Shown piece by piece: positions 38,122-47,669 of a stretch of DNA of 64,000 nucleotides (positions are counted from its first letter, which is position 1; every line of letters begins with the position of its first letter). The DNA comes from a bacterium (GTDB lineage Bacteria; SZUA-79; Acidulodesulfobacterales; Acidulodesulfobacteraceae): assembly GCA_021813525.1 (NCBI GenBank), contig JAKAKK010000043.1, forward strand, positions 8,433 through 72,432. The letters are read 5' to 3'. The position numbers were made by a program, and so were the translations under genes. Below the pieces are notes generated by a model, which did no database searches, was not told the DNA's origin, and was given only the letters and a program-made list of their open reading frames with translations.

Positions 38122-39468
38122 ATGGAAAACAATTCTATTTCTATACTTGTTGTTGACGACGATATAAATTACAGGACCATTCTTTGCGACTATTTAAAAA
38201 GCGAAGGTTACGACGCGACGTCCGCCGGTTCCGCCGAAGAGGCTATAAATAAATTGGAGAAAGATTTTTTCAATATTATAATATCCGATTTGAAATTACC
38301 GGGGAAATCGGGAATAGACCTGTTAAATACGGTTAAATCCAGGTCTAAAGATGCTGAAATGATTATTCTGACGGCTTTCGGAAGCGTCGATTCCGCCGTT
38401 GCGGCTTTAAAAATGGGAGCGTGCGACTATTTAGTTAAGCCGTTAAGCTTAGAAGAACTAAGCATAACGATAAAAAGGCTTATCGAGAAAATTAATCTTA
38501 AAAATTATGCATCTTATTTTAAAAGGGAAATTTTTAAGAGATTTTTTATAGGAAAATCGAAAGCGGCGGCTAAGGTCATAGAAGATATTACCGTTGCCGC
38601 AAAATCGAACCTGAACGTCCTTATTTACGGAGAGTCCGGCACCGGTAAAGAGCTCAGCGCGAACCTGCTCCACAGGCTTTCTTCTAGGAGGGATAATCCT
38701 TTTATCATAGTAGATTCATGTAATCTTTCCGAAAACCTTTTCGAATCCGAATTGTTCGGGCACGAAAGAGGTTCTTTTACGGGAGCCGACGTCCTCAAAA
38801 AAGGATTGCTGGAATATGCCGACAAGGGAACGCTTTTCATAGACGAAATTGGAGAAGTCAGCGGCATAATACAGAGCAAGCTTCTAAGGATAATAGACAC
38901 CAAGAGTTTCAGAAGAGTCGGTTCTTCCAAGAATCTTTTTATAGATACCAGAATTATAACGGCGACAAATAAAAATCTTAAAAAAATGGTTGACGACGGC
39001 CATTTCAGGGGGGACCTGTTTTACAGGATAAGCGGGTTTACGATAGAACTTCCGCCTTTAAGAGAAAGAAAAGAAGATATCCCCCATCTAGCGCATTATT
39101 TTATGACTAAAGAAAATAAGGTTCAATTTTCAAAGCCCATTTCGCGGCAGGCAATGGATAAACTTATGGATTACGACTGGCCGGGAAACGTAAGGGAATT
39201 AAAAAACGTTATAGAAAGGGGCATAATATTGTCCGAAGGAAAAGACGAGATTCCGGAGGAAGCAGTCCAGCTCGAAATTTCAAACGCTAAAAATTATTAC
39301 GGCGTAAAAGAATTTGAGATTTTCGAGAAAAATTTATCCTTAAAAGAAATAGAAGAAAAATATATAAATTATCTTCTGTCTAAAGGGCTTACCAAATCGG
39401 AGATTGCGCGGATTATAGGAGAAAGCGAAAGGTCTGTTTACAGAAAACTGTCCGCGGTAAAAATTTAA
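38122..39468 (+). CDS. sigma-54-dependent response regulator (NtrC/AtoC family)
   Basis: REC domain (DDD...D...K), AAA+ Walker A GESGTGKE, GSFTGA sigma-54 contact loop, C-terminal HTH. Confidence 0.9.
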   Translation: MENNSISILVVDDDINYRTILCDYLKSEGYDATSAGSAEEAINKLEKDFFNIIISDLKLPGKSGIDLLNTVKSRSKDAEMIILTAFGSVDSAVAALKMGACDYLVKPLSLEELSITIKRLIEKINLKNYASYFKREIFKRFFIGKSKAAAKVIEDITVAAKSNLNVLIYGESGTGKELSANLLHRLSSRRDNPFIIVDSCNLSENLFESELFGHERGSFTGADVLKKGLLEYADKGTLFIDEIGEVSGIIQSKLLRIIDTKSFRRVGSSKNLFIDTRIITATNKNLKKMVDDGHFRGDLFYRISGFTIELPPLRERKEDIPHLAHYFMTKENKVQFSKPISRQAMDKLMDYDWPGNVRELKNVIERGIILSEGKDEIPEEAVQLEISNAKNYYGVKEFEIFEKNLSLKEIEEKYINYLLSKGLTKSEIARIIGESERSVYRKLSAVKI

Positions 39469-39560
39469 TTATTTATTTTTTTATTTAATTGATTTAAAAT
39501 TATTAAAAACCGTCAACATAATCCGGCGGTTAATTTTCAATTTTAATCCGGGGGCCATAT

Positions 39561-41348
39561 ATGAATTTTTCGAGAATTCAAAAAGTTTCGATTAGGACCA
39601 AACTGCTTTCTTTAATTTTTATAATTCTGGTTTTAATGCTGTCCGTTTTAACTTATTACGCCGTGTTTTACCAGAACAAAATGTCCGTAAAAACGACGTC
39701 TTTCGATGCCGTAGTGACCGCGAAGACGATGCTGTCCAGTATGAACGGCATGATGCTCAACGGTACGATAGCCAATAAATCCGACAGAAGGCAATTATTC
39801 GGCATATACCAGAAGATTAAAGGGATTAAGTATTTCAAGGTTGTAAGAGGCAGCGCAGTGGATAAAGAATTTGGGACGGGTCTAAAACAGGAAATTCCGA
39901 GTTCGAAATTCGACAAAGAAATACTTGCGTCTAAAAAAGAAATAACGAAAGTTTATGAAAAAAACGGGCAGAAATATTTAAAAGTCGGCGTTCCTTTTAC
40001 TGCAGAAAAGATGTCCCGCGGCATAGACTGCCTTATGTGCCATACCGTTAAGGCCGGAACAGTTCTCGGCGGAGTCGAGCTTGTATATTCCCTAAAGAAT
40101 ACCGTAAACGCTTCTGATGTTTTCATGAGAAATATTATTATTTTCTCGATTATACTGATAGTTTTGTCCATTATTATAATATATATTCTTCTTAAGCAGG
40201 CTTTCATAAAACCTATCACCGTTTTTTATCGCAGAGTAAGGGATATATCGAAAGGCGAGGGCGATTTAAGCAAATTGATTCCTATGGATTGTTTCGATAA
40301 GCCGGTAATTATCGCCAAGCGCCATAAGAACTGCATGCTTAAAGAAGACGAATTAGGGCCGAGATGCTGGGATAAACAGATAGAGCAGTTCGGCGAAAAA
40401 GGAGAGCATATATGCAAAAAGTGTTATGTTTATCAGAATTCGGTTTACGATGAAATAACCTCCGTAGTCAACGAGTTCAATAAATTCATTATCGATATCA
40501 GGGAAATAGTAAAATCCATTACGGAAGAAGCTATGACCATAGTTGACGTTAGCACCACAATAGAAGGGCACGTCGATGAAATAAGCGGCAAGGCGCAGGA
40601 GCAGGCGGAAATCGCCACTCACGTAGCCGCGGCATCGGAAGAAATGTCCCAGACCATTAAAGAAATTGCCAAGAATACCCAGAACGTAAGCTCCATCGCA
40701 AAGGAAGCATCGGACAGCGCTAAAGACGGCTTCGATATAGTGGAAAAATCTATTTCGGGCATTAAAAACGTCGCCGTTCTTACCAAGCAGTTAGGCAGTC
40801 TTATAAGCGGATTGGAAAAAAGTTCTTTCGAAATCGGCGAAATCATTTCGGTGATAAACGATATAGCGGACCAGACTAACCTGCTAGCTCTTAACGCCGC
40901 GATAGAAGCGGCCAGGGCCGGGGAATCCGGCAGGGGATTTGCCGTGGTAGCCGACGAAGTAAGAAAATTAGCCGAAAGAACCGTTAAGGCCACCAAAGAG
41001 ATAGCATCGAAAGTTCAAACAATGCAGCAGAGCACCCAGAATACTAAAACATCCATGGATAAAACGTTAAGCGAGGTCGATTTATCCGTAGGCTACGCTT
41101 CAAAAGCCGGAGAATCTTTGGACGGCATAGAAAAAAGCATACTGAGCCTAACCGACCAGATAAGCTCTATCGCCGCGGCATCGGAAGAGCAGACGGCTGC
41201 AACGAACGAGATATCGCAGAATATCGAAACAGTATCCACACTTTCGGTATCCAATTCCGAAAAATCTTCTAATACCGCTAAAGAGGCGGCATCGATTTAC
41301 GGAGAACTTGAAAAATTGATAGGAATATTAAAAAAGTTTAAATATTAA
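39561..41348 (+). CDS. methyl-accepting chemotaxis protein with a periplasmic CxxCH (haem c) sensor and a Cys-rich HAMP insert
   Basis: Two TM helices flank a ~150-aa periplasmic domain containing CLMCH. C-terminal MA signalling domain ([32 protein letters not shown]). Confidence 0.88.
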   Translation: MNFSRIQKVSIRTKLLSLIFIILVLMLSVLTYYAVFYQNKMSVKTTSFDAVVTAKTMLSSMNGMMLNGTIANKSDRRQLFGIYQKIKGIKYFKVVRGSAVDKEFGTGLKQEIPSSKFDKEILASKKEITKVYEKNGQKYLKVGVPFTAEKMSRGIDCLMCHTVKAGTVLGGVELVYSLKNTVNASDVFMRNIIIFSIILIVLSIIIIYILLKQAFIKPITVFYRRVRDISKGEGDLSKLIPMDCFDKPVIIAKRHKNCMLKEDELGPRCWDKQIEQFGEKGEHICKKCYVYQNSVYDEITSVVNEFNKFIIDIREIVKSITEEAMTIVDVSTTIEGHVDEISGKAQEQAEIATHVAAASEEMSQTIKEIAKNTQNVSSIAKEASDSAKDGFDIVEKSISGIKNVAVLTKQLGSLISGLEKSSFEIGEIISVINDIADQTNLLALNAAIEAARAGESGRGFAVVADEVRKLAERTVKATKEIASKVQTMQQSTQNTKTSMDKTLSEVDLSVGYASKAGESLDGIEKSILSLTDQISSIAAASEEQTAATNEISQNIETVSTLSVSNSEKSSNTAKEAASIYGELEKLIGILKKFKY

Positions 41349-41365
41349 AAAAGGAGGCGGATTAA

Positions 41366-43300
41366 TTGGAAAATCGCGAGACGCCGGTTTCACGCAAATC
41401 GACTTTCGACAGCTTGGCAAATATAAAAGACATATATACCCCTTCGAAGGAAACGGTAAAAAACAGCTATGTGGACGATTATGAAAGGCTTTACGGATAT
41501 TCTATAAACGAAAACGAAAAATTCTGGGACGAAACGGCAAAACAGTTAGACTGGTTTAAGCGATGGGACGATGTTCTGGACTCGTCCCATCCGCCTTTTT
41601 ATAAATGGTTCACGGGCGGAAAAACTAATATCGTCCATAACGCCTTAGACAGGCATATTACGACGTTCCGCAAAAACAAGCTTGCCATAATCTGGGAGGG
41701 AGAGGACGGCAGCGAAAGAGTTTATACTTATTTTTCTTTATATAAAGAGGTCAATAAGTTTGCAAACGTTCTAAAGAGTTTCGGAATTAAAAAAGGGGAT
41801 ACGGTTACCATATATCTTCCTAACATACCGGAAATTGCGATAAGTATGCTCGCATGCGCAAAGATAGGCGCAATACACAGCGTCGTGTATGCAGGGTTTT
41901 CGGCTCTGGCGCTGAAAGACAGAATACTCGATGCGCAGAGCAAACTCCTTATTACCGCCGACGGCGCTTTCAGGGGCGGAAAGGTCGTAGAACTTAAAAA
42001 AATAGCCGATGAAGCGGTTACTAAAGCTCCGGTGGTTCAAACCGTAATAGTAGTTAAGAGAATCGGCAAAGAAGTTGCCATGGATACGTCGAGAGATTTT
42101 TATTACGACGAGCTTATGAAACTGCCCATAGCAAATCCGTATTTAAAAACCGAAGAACTAGATTCGGAGGACCCTCTTTTCATACTTTACACGTCGGGAA
42201 CTACCGGCAAGCCGAAAGGCATTCTTCATGTTCACGGAGGATATTCCGTGGGAACGTATATAACGTCGAAGTATGTTTTTAACATAAAAGACAACGATAC
42301 TTATTGGTGCGCGGCGGATCCGGGCTGGATAACCGGCCATTCATATATTATATACGGACCTTTAATTAACGGGGCGACGACTCTTATGGTCGAAGGTTCG
42401 CCCTACTATCCTTATCCGGACAGATGGTGGAGAATAGTCGAAAAACATGCCGTAAATATTTTTTATACCTCTCCTACGGCAGTAAGAGGCATTATGAGAT
42501 TCGGCGAAAACTGGCCCAACAGGCACAATCTCAGCTCTCTTAAAATATTGGGAAGCGTAGGCGAGCCTATAAATCCAGAAGTCTGGCGCTGGTATTACAA
42601 GCATATCGGCAAGGAAAGATGCCCTATAATGGACACGTGGTGGCAGACGGAATCAGGGATGTTTTTGATAACTCCCGTTCCTACAATGTCTTTGAAACCG
42701 GGTTCGTGCGGAAAACCTTTTTTCGGGATAGACGCGGATATATTCGACGAAAACGGCAAAAGCGTGAAAGCGGGAAAAGGAGGCTATCTTGTAGTCAAGA
42801 AGCCCTGGCCTGCCATGATGAGAACTATTTATAAGGATGAAAACAGATATAAAGAAACTTATTTCTCGAAATTTAACGGGGTATATCTTGCCGGCGACAC
42901 CGCAAAGCGCGATGAAGACGGATATTTTTACGTTATGGGCAGAATAGACGACGTAATAAAAGTTTCCGGATACAGGCTGGGAACGGCGGAGATAGAAAGC
43001 GCTATAATAACTCATGAATCCGTAGCCGAATCCGCAGTTATAGGAAAGCCGCACGACATTAAGGGTAATTCCATTAAAGCCTTCGTAGTTTTAAAGCCTA
43101 ATGTCGAGAAAAGCGATGCCCTATCGGACGATATTAAAGCAAATGTGGGGAAAACCCTGGGACCTATCGCAAAACCCGATGAAATAGAATTTGTCGATTC
43201 TCTTCCTAAAACCAGAAGCGGAAAGATTATGAGAAGAGTTTTGAAGGCCAGGGAAATGGGCATAGACGAAGGCGATTTATCGACTATAGAAGAAGATTAA
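41366..43300 (+). CDS. acs: acetyl-CoA synthetase
   Basis: YTSGTTGKPKG AMP-binding motif, typical Acs N-terminus, 644 aa, AAGGAGG then TTG start. Confidence 0.93.
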   Translation: MENRETPVSRKSTFDSLANIKDIYTPSKETVKNSYVDDYERLYGYSINENEKFWDETAKQLDWFKRWDDVLDSSHPPFYKWFTGGKTNIVHNALDRHITTFRKNKLAIIWEGEDGSERVYTYFSLYKEVNKFANVLKSFGIKKGDTVTIYLPNIPEIAISMLACAKIGAIHSVVYAGFSALALKDRILDAQSKLLITADGAFRGGKVVELKKIADEAVTKAPVVQTVIVVKRIGKEVAMDTSRDFYYDELMKLPIANPYLKTEELDSEDPLFILYTSGTTGKPKGILHVHGGYSVGTYITSKYVFNIKDNDTYWCAADPGWITGHSYIIYGPLINGATTLMVEGSPYYPYPDRWWRIVEKHAVNIFYTSPTAVRGIMRFGENWPNRHNLSSLKILGSVGEPINPEVWRWYYKHIGKERCPIMDTWWQTESGMFLITPVPTMSLKPGSCGKPFFGIDADIFDENGKSVKAGKGGYLVVKKPWPAMMRTIYKDENRYKETYFSKFNGVYLAGDTAKRDEDGYFYVMGRIDDVIKVSGYRLGTAEIESAIITHESVAESAVIGKPHDIKGNSIKAFVVLKPNVEKSDALSDDIKANVGKTLGPIAKPDEIEFVDSLPKTRSGKIMRRVLKAREMGIDEGDLSTIEED

Positions 43301-43343
43301 ATAGCAAATGGAATATAATAAACTTAATCGGGAGGATTAAAAC

Positions 43344-44900
43344 TTGAATTTTAAAGTAATAGATTCTATAGGCAAAATTTTAAAAGAAAAGAAGACAAAA
43401 GAATTTGACCGTATTTTTGTTTTCGGAGTTTTTCAAAACGAAGAAAATAGTTTTCTCCAAAACGAAAATCTTAAAGAATTCGATTTTATTTATAAAAGAA
43501 TAAAACAACTGGATTTTAAGGCAAAAAAAGGGAAAAATATAATTATCGAATCCCCTTTTTATTCATTGATTTACGGATTAGGCAAGAAAGATAAATTCGA
43601 TTACGATTCTCTCAGAAATTTCATATCGGGTTCTTCCAGGATAGCCAGGACAAATAAAATCAAAGACGTAATTTTTATAATTCCCGGACTGCCTAAAGAA
43701 TATTATACGAAAAACGGCATATTCTATTTATCCGCCTCTATTGCCGAAGGAGCGGAATTAGGCCTGTATGAATTTAAAAAATACCTTGCTAAGGAAAAAG
43801 GAAAACATGCCGGTAAAATTATTTATCCGGAAATTATAAGCATCTATTTTAACTGTAACTCCTCGACTATAACCAAAGTTATAAAAAACTCCGCCGAAGA
43901 AGGTTTTGATTTCGGTAAAAAAACTTCCCTTGCGGCTAATTTTGCGCGCGATATAGTCAACGAGCCGGGGAACGTCGTTACTCCCGAATATTTAGCCGGC
44001 GTCGCAAAAGAAATATCCGCGGGAAAAAATATAGAATGCGAAATATTTAATGAAAAAGAAATAGTAAAAAGAGGAATGAACGCTTTTTATGGAGTAGCTC
44101 AGGGGTCAAAAAACCCTCCAAGGTTTATTCATTTGGTTTATAAACCTAAGGATAAATCAAAAAATAAAAAAAATAAAAAGATTGCGATTGTCGGCAAGGG
44201 TATAACTTTCGACAGCGGAGGACTTTCTTTAAAGCCGGCGGATTTTATGACTACAATGAAATCGGATAAATCCGGAGCTTGCGCAGTTCTCGGAATAATG
44301 AAATACATTAAAGATTTCGATATAAATTTAGAGGTTCACGGCATTATAGCCGCATGCGAAAATATGCCGGACGGCGGAGCGCAGAGACCGGACGACGTGG
44401 TTAAAGCGCTTAACGGAAAAACTATCGAGATAGAAAATACCGACGCCGAAGGCAGGCTGACCCTTGCCGATGCTTTAACCTTTGCTTCCAATCTGGGAGT
44501 AGATGAAATAATAGACCTTGCGACTCTAACCGGCGCATGCGTGATTGCGCTCGGAGAATATACTTCCGGCGTTATGGGCAACGATGAGGATTTGATAAAT
44601 AATATTATATCGGTAAGCCGTATTTCAGGCGAAAGAATGTGGGAGCTGCCTTTCGACGATAATATGAAAGAAAAACTTTTAAGTCCCATAGCGGATTTAA
44701 AAAACGTTGGAAACAGATACGGCGGGGCTATTACGGCGGGAATGTTTCTAGAAGAATTCGTGCCGGCTCAAATTAAATGGTGCCATATAGACATAGCCGG
44801 TCCGGCTTTTACAAAAACGGGCTTCACTTATAACCCTAAGGGAGGCACCGGGGTAGGAACCAGAACTTTGCTCTACTACTTAATTCAGCATAAGATTTAG
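43344..44900 (+). CDS. pepA: leucyl aminopeptidase (M17)
   Basis: NTDAEGRL, VGKGITFDSGG, MKSDKSGA motifs; TTG start after GGGAGG. Confidence 0.92.
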   Translation: MNFKVIDSIGKILKEKKTKEFDRIFVFGVFQNEENSFLQNENLKEFDFIYKRIKQLDFKAKKGKNIIIESPFYSLIYGLGKKDKFDYDSLRNFISGSSRIARTNKIKDVIFIIPGLPKEYYTKNGIFYLSASIAEGAELGLYEFKKYLAKEKGKHAGKIIYPEIISIYFNCNSSTITKVIKNSAEEGFDFGKKTSLAANFARDIVNEPGNVVTPEYLAGVAKEISAGKNIECEIFNEKEIVKRGMNAFYGVAQGSKNPPRFIHLVYKPKDKSKNKKNKKIAIVGKGITFDSGGLSLKPADFMTTMKSDKSGACAVLGIMKYIKDFDINLEVHGIIAACENMPDGGAQRPDDVVKALNGKTIEIENTDAEGRLTLADALTFASNLGVDEIIDLATLTGACVIALGEYTSGVMGNDEDLINNIISVSRISGERMWELPFDDNMKEKLLSPIADLKNVGNRYGGAITAGMFLEEFVPAQIKWCHIDIAGPAFTKTGFTYNPKGGTGVGTRTLLYYLIQHKI

Positions 44901-44937
44901 CGGCCGCTTTAATCGCGATTTTTGGGCTATATTTTTT

Positions 44938-44966
44938 TTGATTAAACCTGTATCATATGGTATATT
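44938..44966 (+). promoter_or_regulatory. putative sigma-70 promoter of the nuo operon
   Basis: TTGATT (44938..44943), 17-nt spacer ending in TGG, -10 TATATT (44961..44966). Overlapped by the 47-bp palindrome. Confidence 0.4.
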
Positions 44967-44995
44967 TTATAGTATAAAATATACCATATGATACA
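44949..44995. promoter_or_regulatory. perfect 47-bp palindrome (23-bp arms, 1-nt centre) upstream of nuoA
   Basis: TGTATCATATGGTATATTTTATA-G-TATAAAATATACCATATGATACA, checked base by base. Ends 24 nt before the nuoA TTG. Confidence 0.85.
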
Positions 44996-45019
44996 ATTAT
45001 AAAAATTGAAGGAGTTTCT

Positions 45020-45373
45020 TTGAATTCGTTTCTGCCTATTCTTATAATGCTTGCTATAGCAATTTTATTTGCCGTATTTACTATCATAGCCTCTAATTTC
45101 ATAGGGAAAAAAACTTTTGAATCCGGCAAATTAAAGGCTTATGAATGCGGAGTTGAGCCTACCGGAGAGCCTCATGTAAGATTCGATATTAAATTTTATC
45201 TTATAGCCATTTTTTTTCTGCTCTTCGATATAGAATCTCTTTTTTTGTTTCCATGGGCGGTAATTTTTTCTAAATTAGGTTTTTTAGGTTTCATCGAAAT
45301 GTTCTTTTTTATTATAATATTAGTTTTAGGTTTAATGTATGTCTGGCTTAAGGGGGCGCTGAAATGGGAATAG
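45020..45373 (+). CDS. nuoA: NADH-quinone oxidoreductase subunit A
   Basis: Three TM helices, YECG motif, 117 aa, GAAGGAG RBS with TTG start. Confidence 0.92.
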   Translation: MNSFLPILIMLAIAILFAVFTIIASNFIGKKTFESGKLKAYECGVEPTGEPHVRFDIKFYLIAIFFLLFDIESLFLFPWAVIFSKLGFLGFIEMFFFIIILVLGLMYVWLKGALKWE

Positions 45374-45858
45374 AAGAACATTTAGGCGATAATATCATTA
45401 CGGCTTCATTGGATAAAATAGTTTCCTGGGGCAGGAAGTGGTCTATTTGGCCGGCAACTTTCGGCTTGGCATGCTGCGCTATCGAAATGATGACCGTCGC
45501 CTCTTCAAGATACGATTTCGACAGATTAGGATTAATATTCAGGTCCAGCCCAAGGCAGGCCGATTTAATTATAGTATCGGGCAGGGTTTCGTATAAAATG
45601 GCGCCTATGGTTAAAAGGATTTACGACCAGATGCCCAATCCGAAGTGGGTAATAGCTATGGGCGACTGCGCATCGTCGGGAGGATTATTTAACGTTTACA
45701 GCATAGTCCAGGGCGTAGATAGAATAATTCCGGTAGATGTTTATATCCCCGGTTGTCCTCCGAGACCTGAAGCCCTGATTTACGGAATAACGAAACTTCA
45801 GGAAAAGATAGAGAAAGGGACGCTTAAACACGAAGAACCTCCTAAAATCATAAAGTAA
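45364..45858 (+). CDS. nuoB: NADH-quinone oxidoreductase subunit B
   Basis: N2-cluster cysteines in [15 protein letters not shown] and PGCPP. Confidence 0.95.
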   Translation: MGIEEHLGDNIITASLDKIVSWGRKWSIWPATFGLACCAIEMMTVASSRYDFDRLGLIFRSSPRQADLIIVSGRVSYKMAPMVKRIYDQMPNPKWVIAMGDCASSGGLFNVYSIVQGVDRIIPVDVYIPGCPPRPEALIYGITKLQEKIEKGTLKHEEPPKIIK

Positions 45859-45911
45859 ATATAATAAAATATATATAACAATACGTATTAAACTAAATTA
45901 ATTTCGACGAT

Positions 45912-46427
45912 ATGGATGTAATGTTTGCGTTAACGGTTATAAAAGAATCTAAGCCCAAAGCGATTGTTTCTGCCGATAACATTAAAGGCGACGTGCATAT
46001 ACAGATTAAAAAAGAAGACCTGCTCGAACTCGCCCTATTTTTAAAAACGGATTCAAGATTAGAGTTCGATATGCTGTCGGATTTATTTGCCGCAGATTAT
46101 CCTAGAAGACCCGAAAGAATAGAAGTAATTTATAATTTCTACTCGATAAAAAATAATTTCAGGGTTTTTATTAAAGTTAACAGCAAAGCGGACGAAACGG
46201 AATATCCCAGTTTGACTTCGGTTTATAATTCCGCAAACTGGTTTGAAAGAGAAGTGTATGATATGTTCGGACTTAAATTTAAAAACCACCCGGATTTAAA
46301 AAGAATATTAAACCCCGACGACTGGGACGGATATCCTCTTCTTAAAGATTATCCCTTGAGAAAAAGACCCGAACCCGAAGAAATTAAAATGGATGCTCCG
46401 GGATATATCGAGCCTGAAAAAATTTAA
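45912..46427 (+). CDS. nuoC: NADH-quinone oxidoreductase subunit C
   Basis: 30-kDa subunit motif ANWFEREVYDMFG...HPDL. Confidence 0.92.
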   Translation: MDVMFALTVIKESKPKAIVSADNIKGDVHIQIKKEDLLELALFLKTDSRLEFDMLSDLFAADYPRRPERIEVIYNFYSIKNNFRVFIKVNSKADETEYPSLTSVYNSANWFEREVYDMFGLKFKNHPDLKRILNPDDWDGYPLLKDYPLRKRPEPEEIKMDAPGYIEPEKI

Positions 46428-46450
46428 CAATAATAATAACAACTTAATCG

Positions 46451-47650
46451 ATGTTCGAATATAAAGATTTTCTTATTGAAACAGACAAATTTGCATTAAA
46501 TATCGGGCCGTCCCATCCCGCCACTCACGGCGTTCTGAGAGTTTTAGTCAAGTTGGACGGAGAAACCGTCGTCAATGCAGAGCCTATAATAGGCTACCTG
46601 CATACCAGCATGGAAAAATATGCGGAGTTCAGGACGTATCATCAGGCGGAAACCATTACAGACAGGATGGATTACGTTTCCGGAGCATCCAATAATCTCG
46701 GTTATATACTTGCGGTGGAAAAACTCTGCGGAGTTAAGGCTCCCAAAAGAGCCGAATATGTCAGAGTTATTCTTGCCGAGTTAACGAGGATAAGTTCCCA
46801 TCTGGTATGGCTTGCGACGCACGCCGTGGACCTTGGCGCTTTGACGGAGTTTTTATACTGTTTCCGCGAAAGAGAGTTAATACTGGATATAATAGAAACG
46901 GTTACGGGCGCGAGGATGACCCCCTCCTTTTACCGCGTAGGCGGTCTTGCAATGGACGCGCATAAAGATTTTTTCGATAAAACAAGAAGTTTTATTAAAA
47001 TTTTTCCGGAAAAAATCTCCGAATATGAAGCCCTGCTTACAAAAAATAAAATATGGCTGGAAAGGACTAAAAATTTAGGAATAATTTCTGCCGAAGATGC
47101 TATAAATTTCGCATTAACCGGACCGTCTCTCAGGGGAAGCGGGATAAAATACGACGTCAGAAAAGCAAATCCTTATTCGTCTTACGAAGATTTCGATTTT
47201 GAAATACCGACGGGAGAAACCGGAGACGTTTACGACAGGTATTTAGTCAGAATCGAAGAAATGCGCCAGAGCCTTAAAATAATTTCGCAGGCGGTAGAGA
47301 ATGTTCCCGAGGGAGAATATTTAAGCTACGACGAATACCCCCTGTATGTTATACCGCCCAAGAAGAGGGCGTTAACGACGATGGAAGGGATGATTTCTCT
47401 TTTCAAATACGGAATGGAAGGCATAAAACCTCCTAAGGGAGAGGCTTACGTTTCCATAGAAAATCCCAGGGGAGAATTAGGCTTTTATATAATATCGGAC
47501 GGTTCGGCTTTTCCGTACAGGATGAGGGTAAGGCCCCCGTCGTTCTGCAATATAAGTGCTTTAAATATAATGGTTAAGGGACATCTGGTGGCCGATTTAA
47601 TAGCTGTCATGGGGAGCATAGACATATTGCTCGGAGAAGTTGACAGGTAA
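46451..47650 (+). CDS. nuoD: NADH-quinone oxidoreductase subunit D
   Basis: 49-kDa subunit: GPSHPATHGVLR, RIEEMRQS, C-terminal DIVLGEVDR-type ending (DILLGEVDR). Confidence 0.95.
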   Translation: MFEYKDFLIETDKFALNIGPSHPATHGVLRVLVKLDGETVVNAEPIIGYLHTSMEKYAEFRTYHQAETITDRMDYVSGASNNLGYILAVEKLCGVKAPKRAEYVRVILAELTRISSHLVWLATHAVDLGALTEFLYCFRERELILDIIETVTGARMTPSFYRVGGLAMDAHKDFFDKTRSFIKIFPEKISEYEALLTKNKIWLERTKNLGIISAEDAINFALTGPSLRGSGIKYDVRKANPYSSYEDFDFEIPTGETGDVYDRYLVRIEEMRQSLKIISQAVENVPEGEYLSYDEYPLYVIPPKKRALTTMEGMISLFKYGMEGIKPPKGEAYVSIENPRGELGFYIISDGSAFPYRMRVRPPSFCNISALNIMVKGHLVADLIAVMGSIDILLGEVDR

Positions 47651-47669
47651 CAACGGGTAAAATAAGAAA

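Noticed and set aside
39521-39556. CCGGCGGTTAATTTTCAATTTTAATCCGGGGG upstream of the MCP, considered as a fifth GAATTCAATTC-type palindrome
   Set aside because: Only the outer CCGG tetramers pair. The inner arms (GGTTAATTTT versus AATTTTAATCC) are not complementary, and the core differs (TTTTCAATTTT).
39469-39560. Looked for a sigma-54 (-24 TGGCAC / -12 TTGC) promoter downstream of the NtrC-like regulator, and also at 44901..45019
   Set aside because: No GG-N10-GC arrangement with acceptable flanks was found by eye. TGGGCTATATTTTTTTTGA near 44922 lacks the -12 GC. A PWM scan is needed before making any call.
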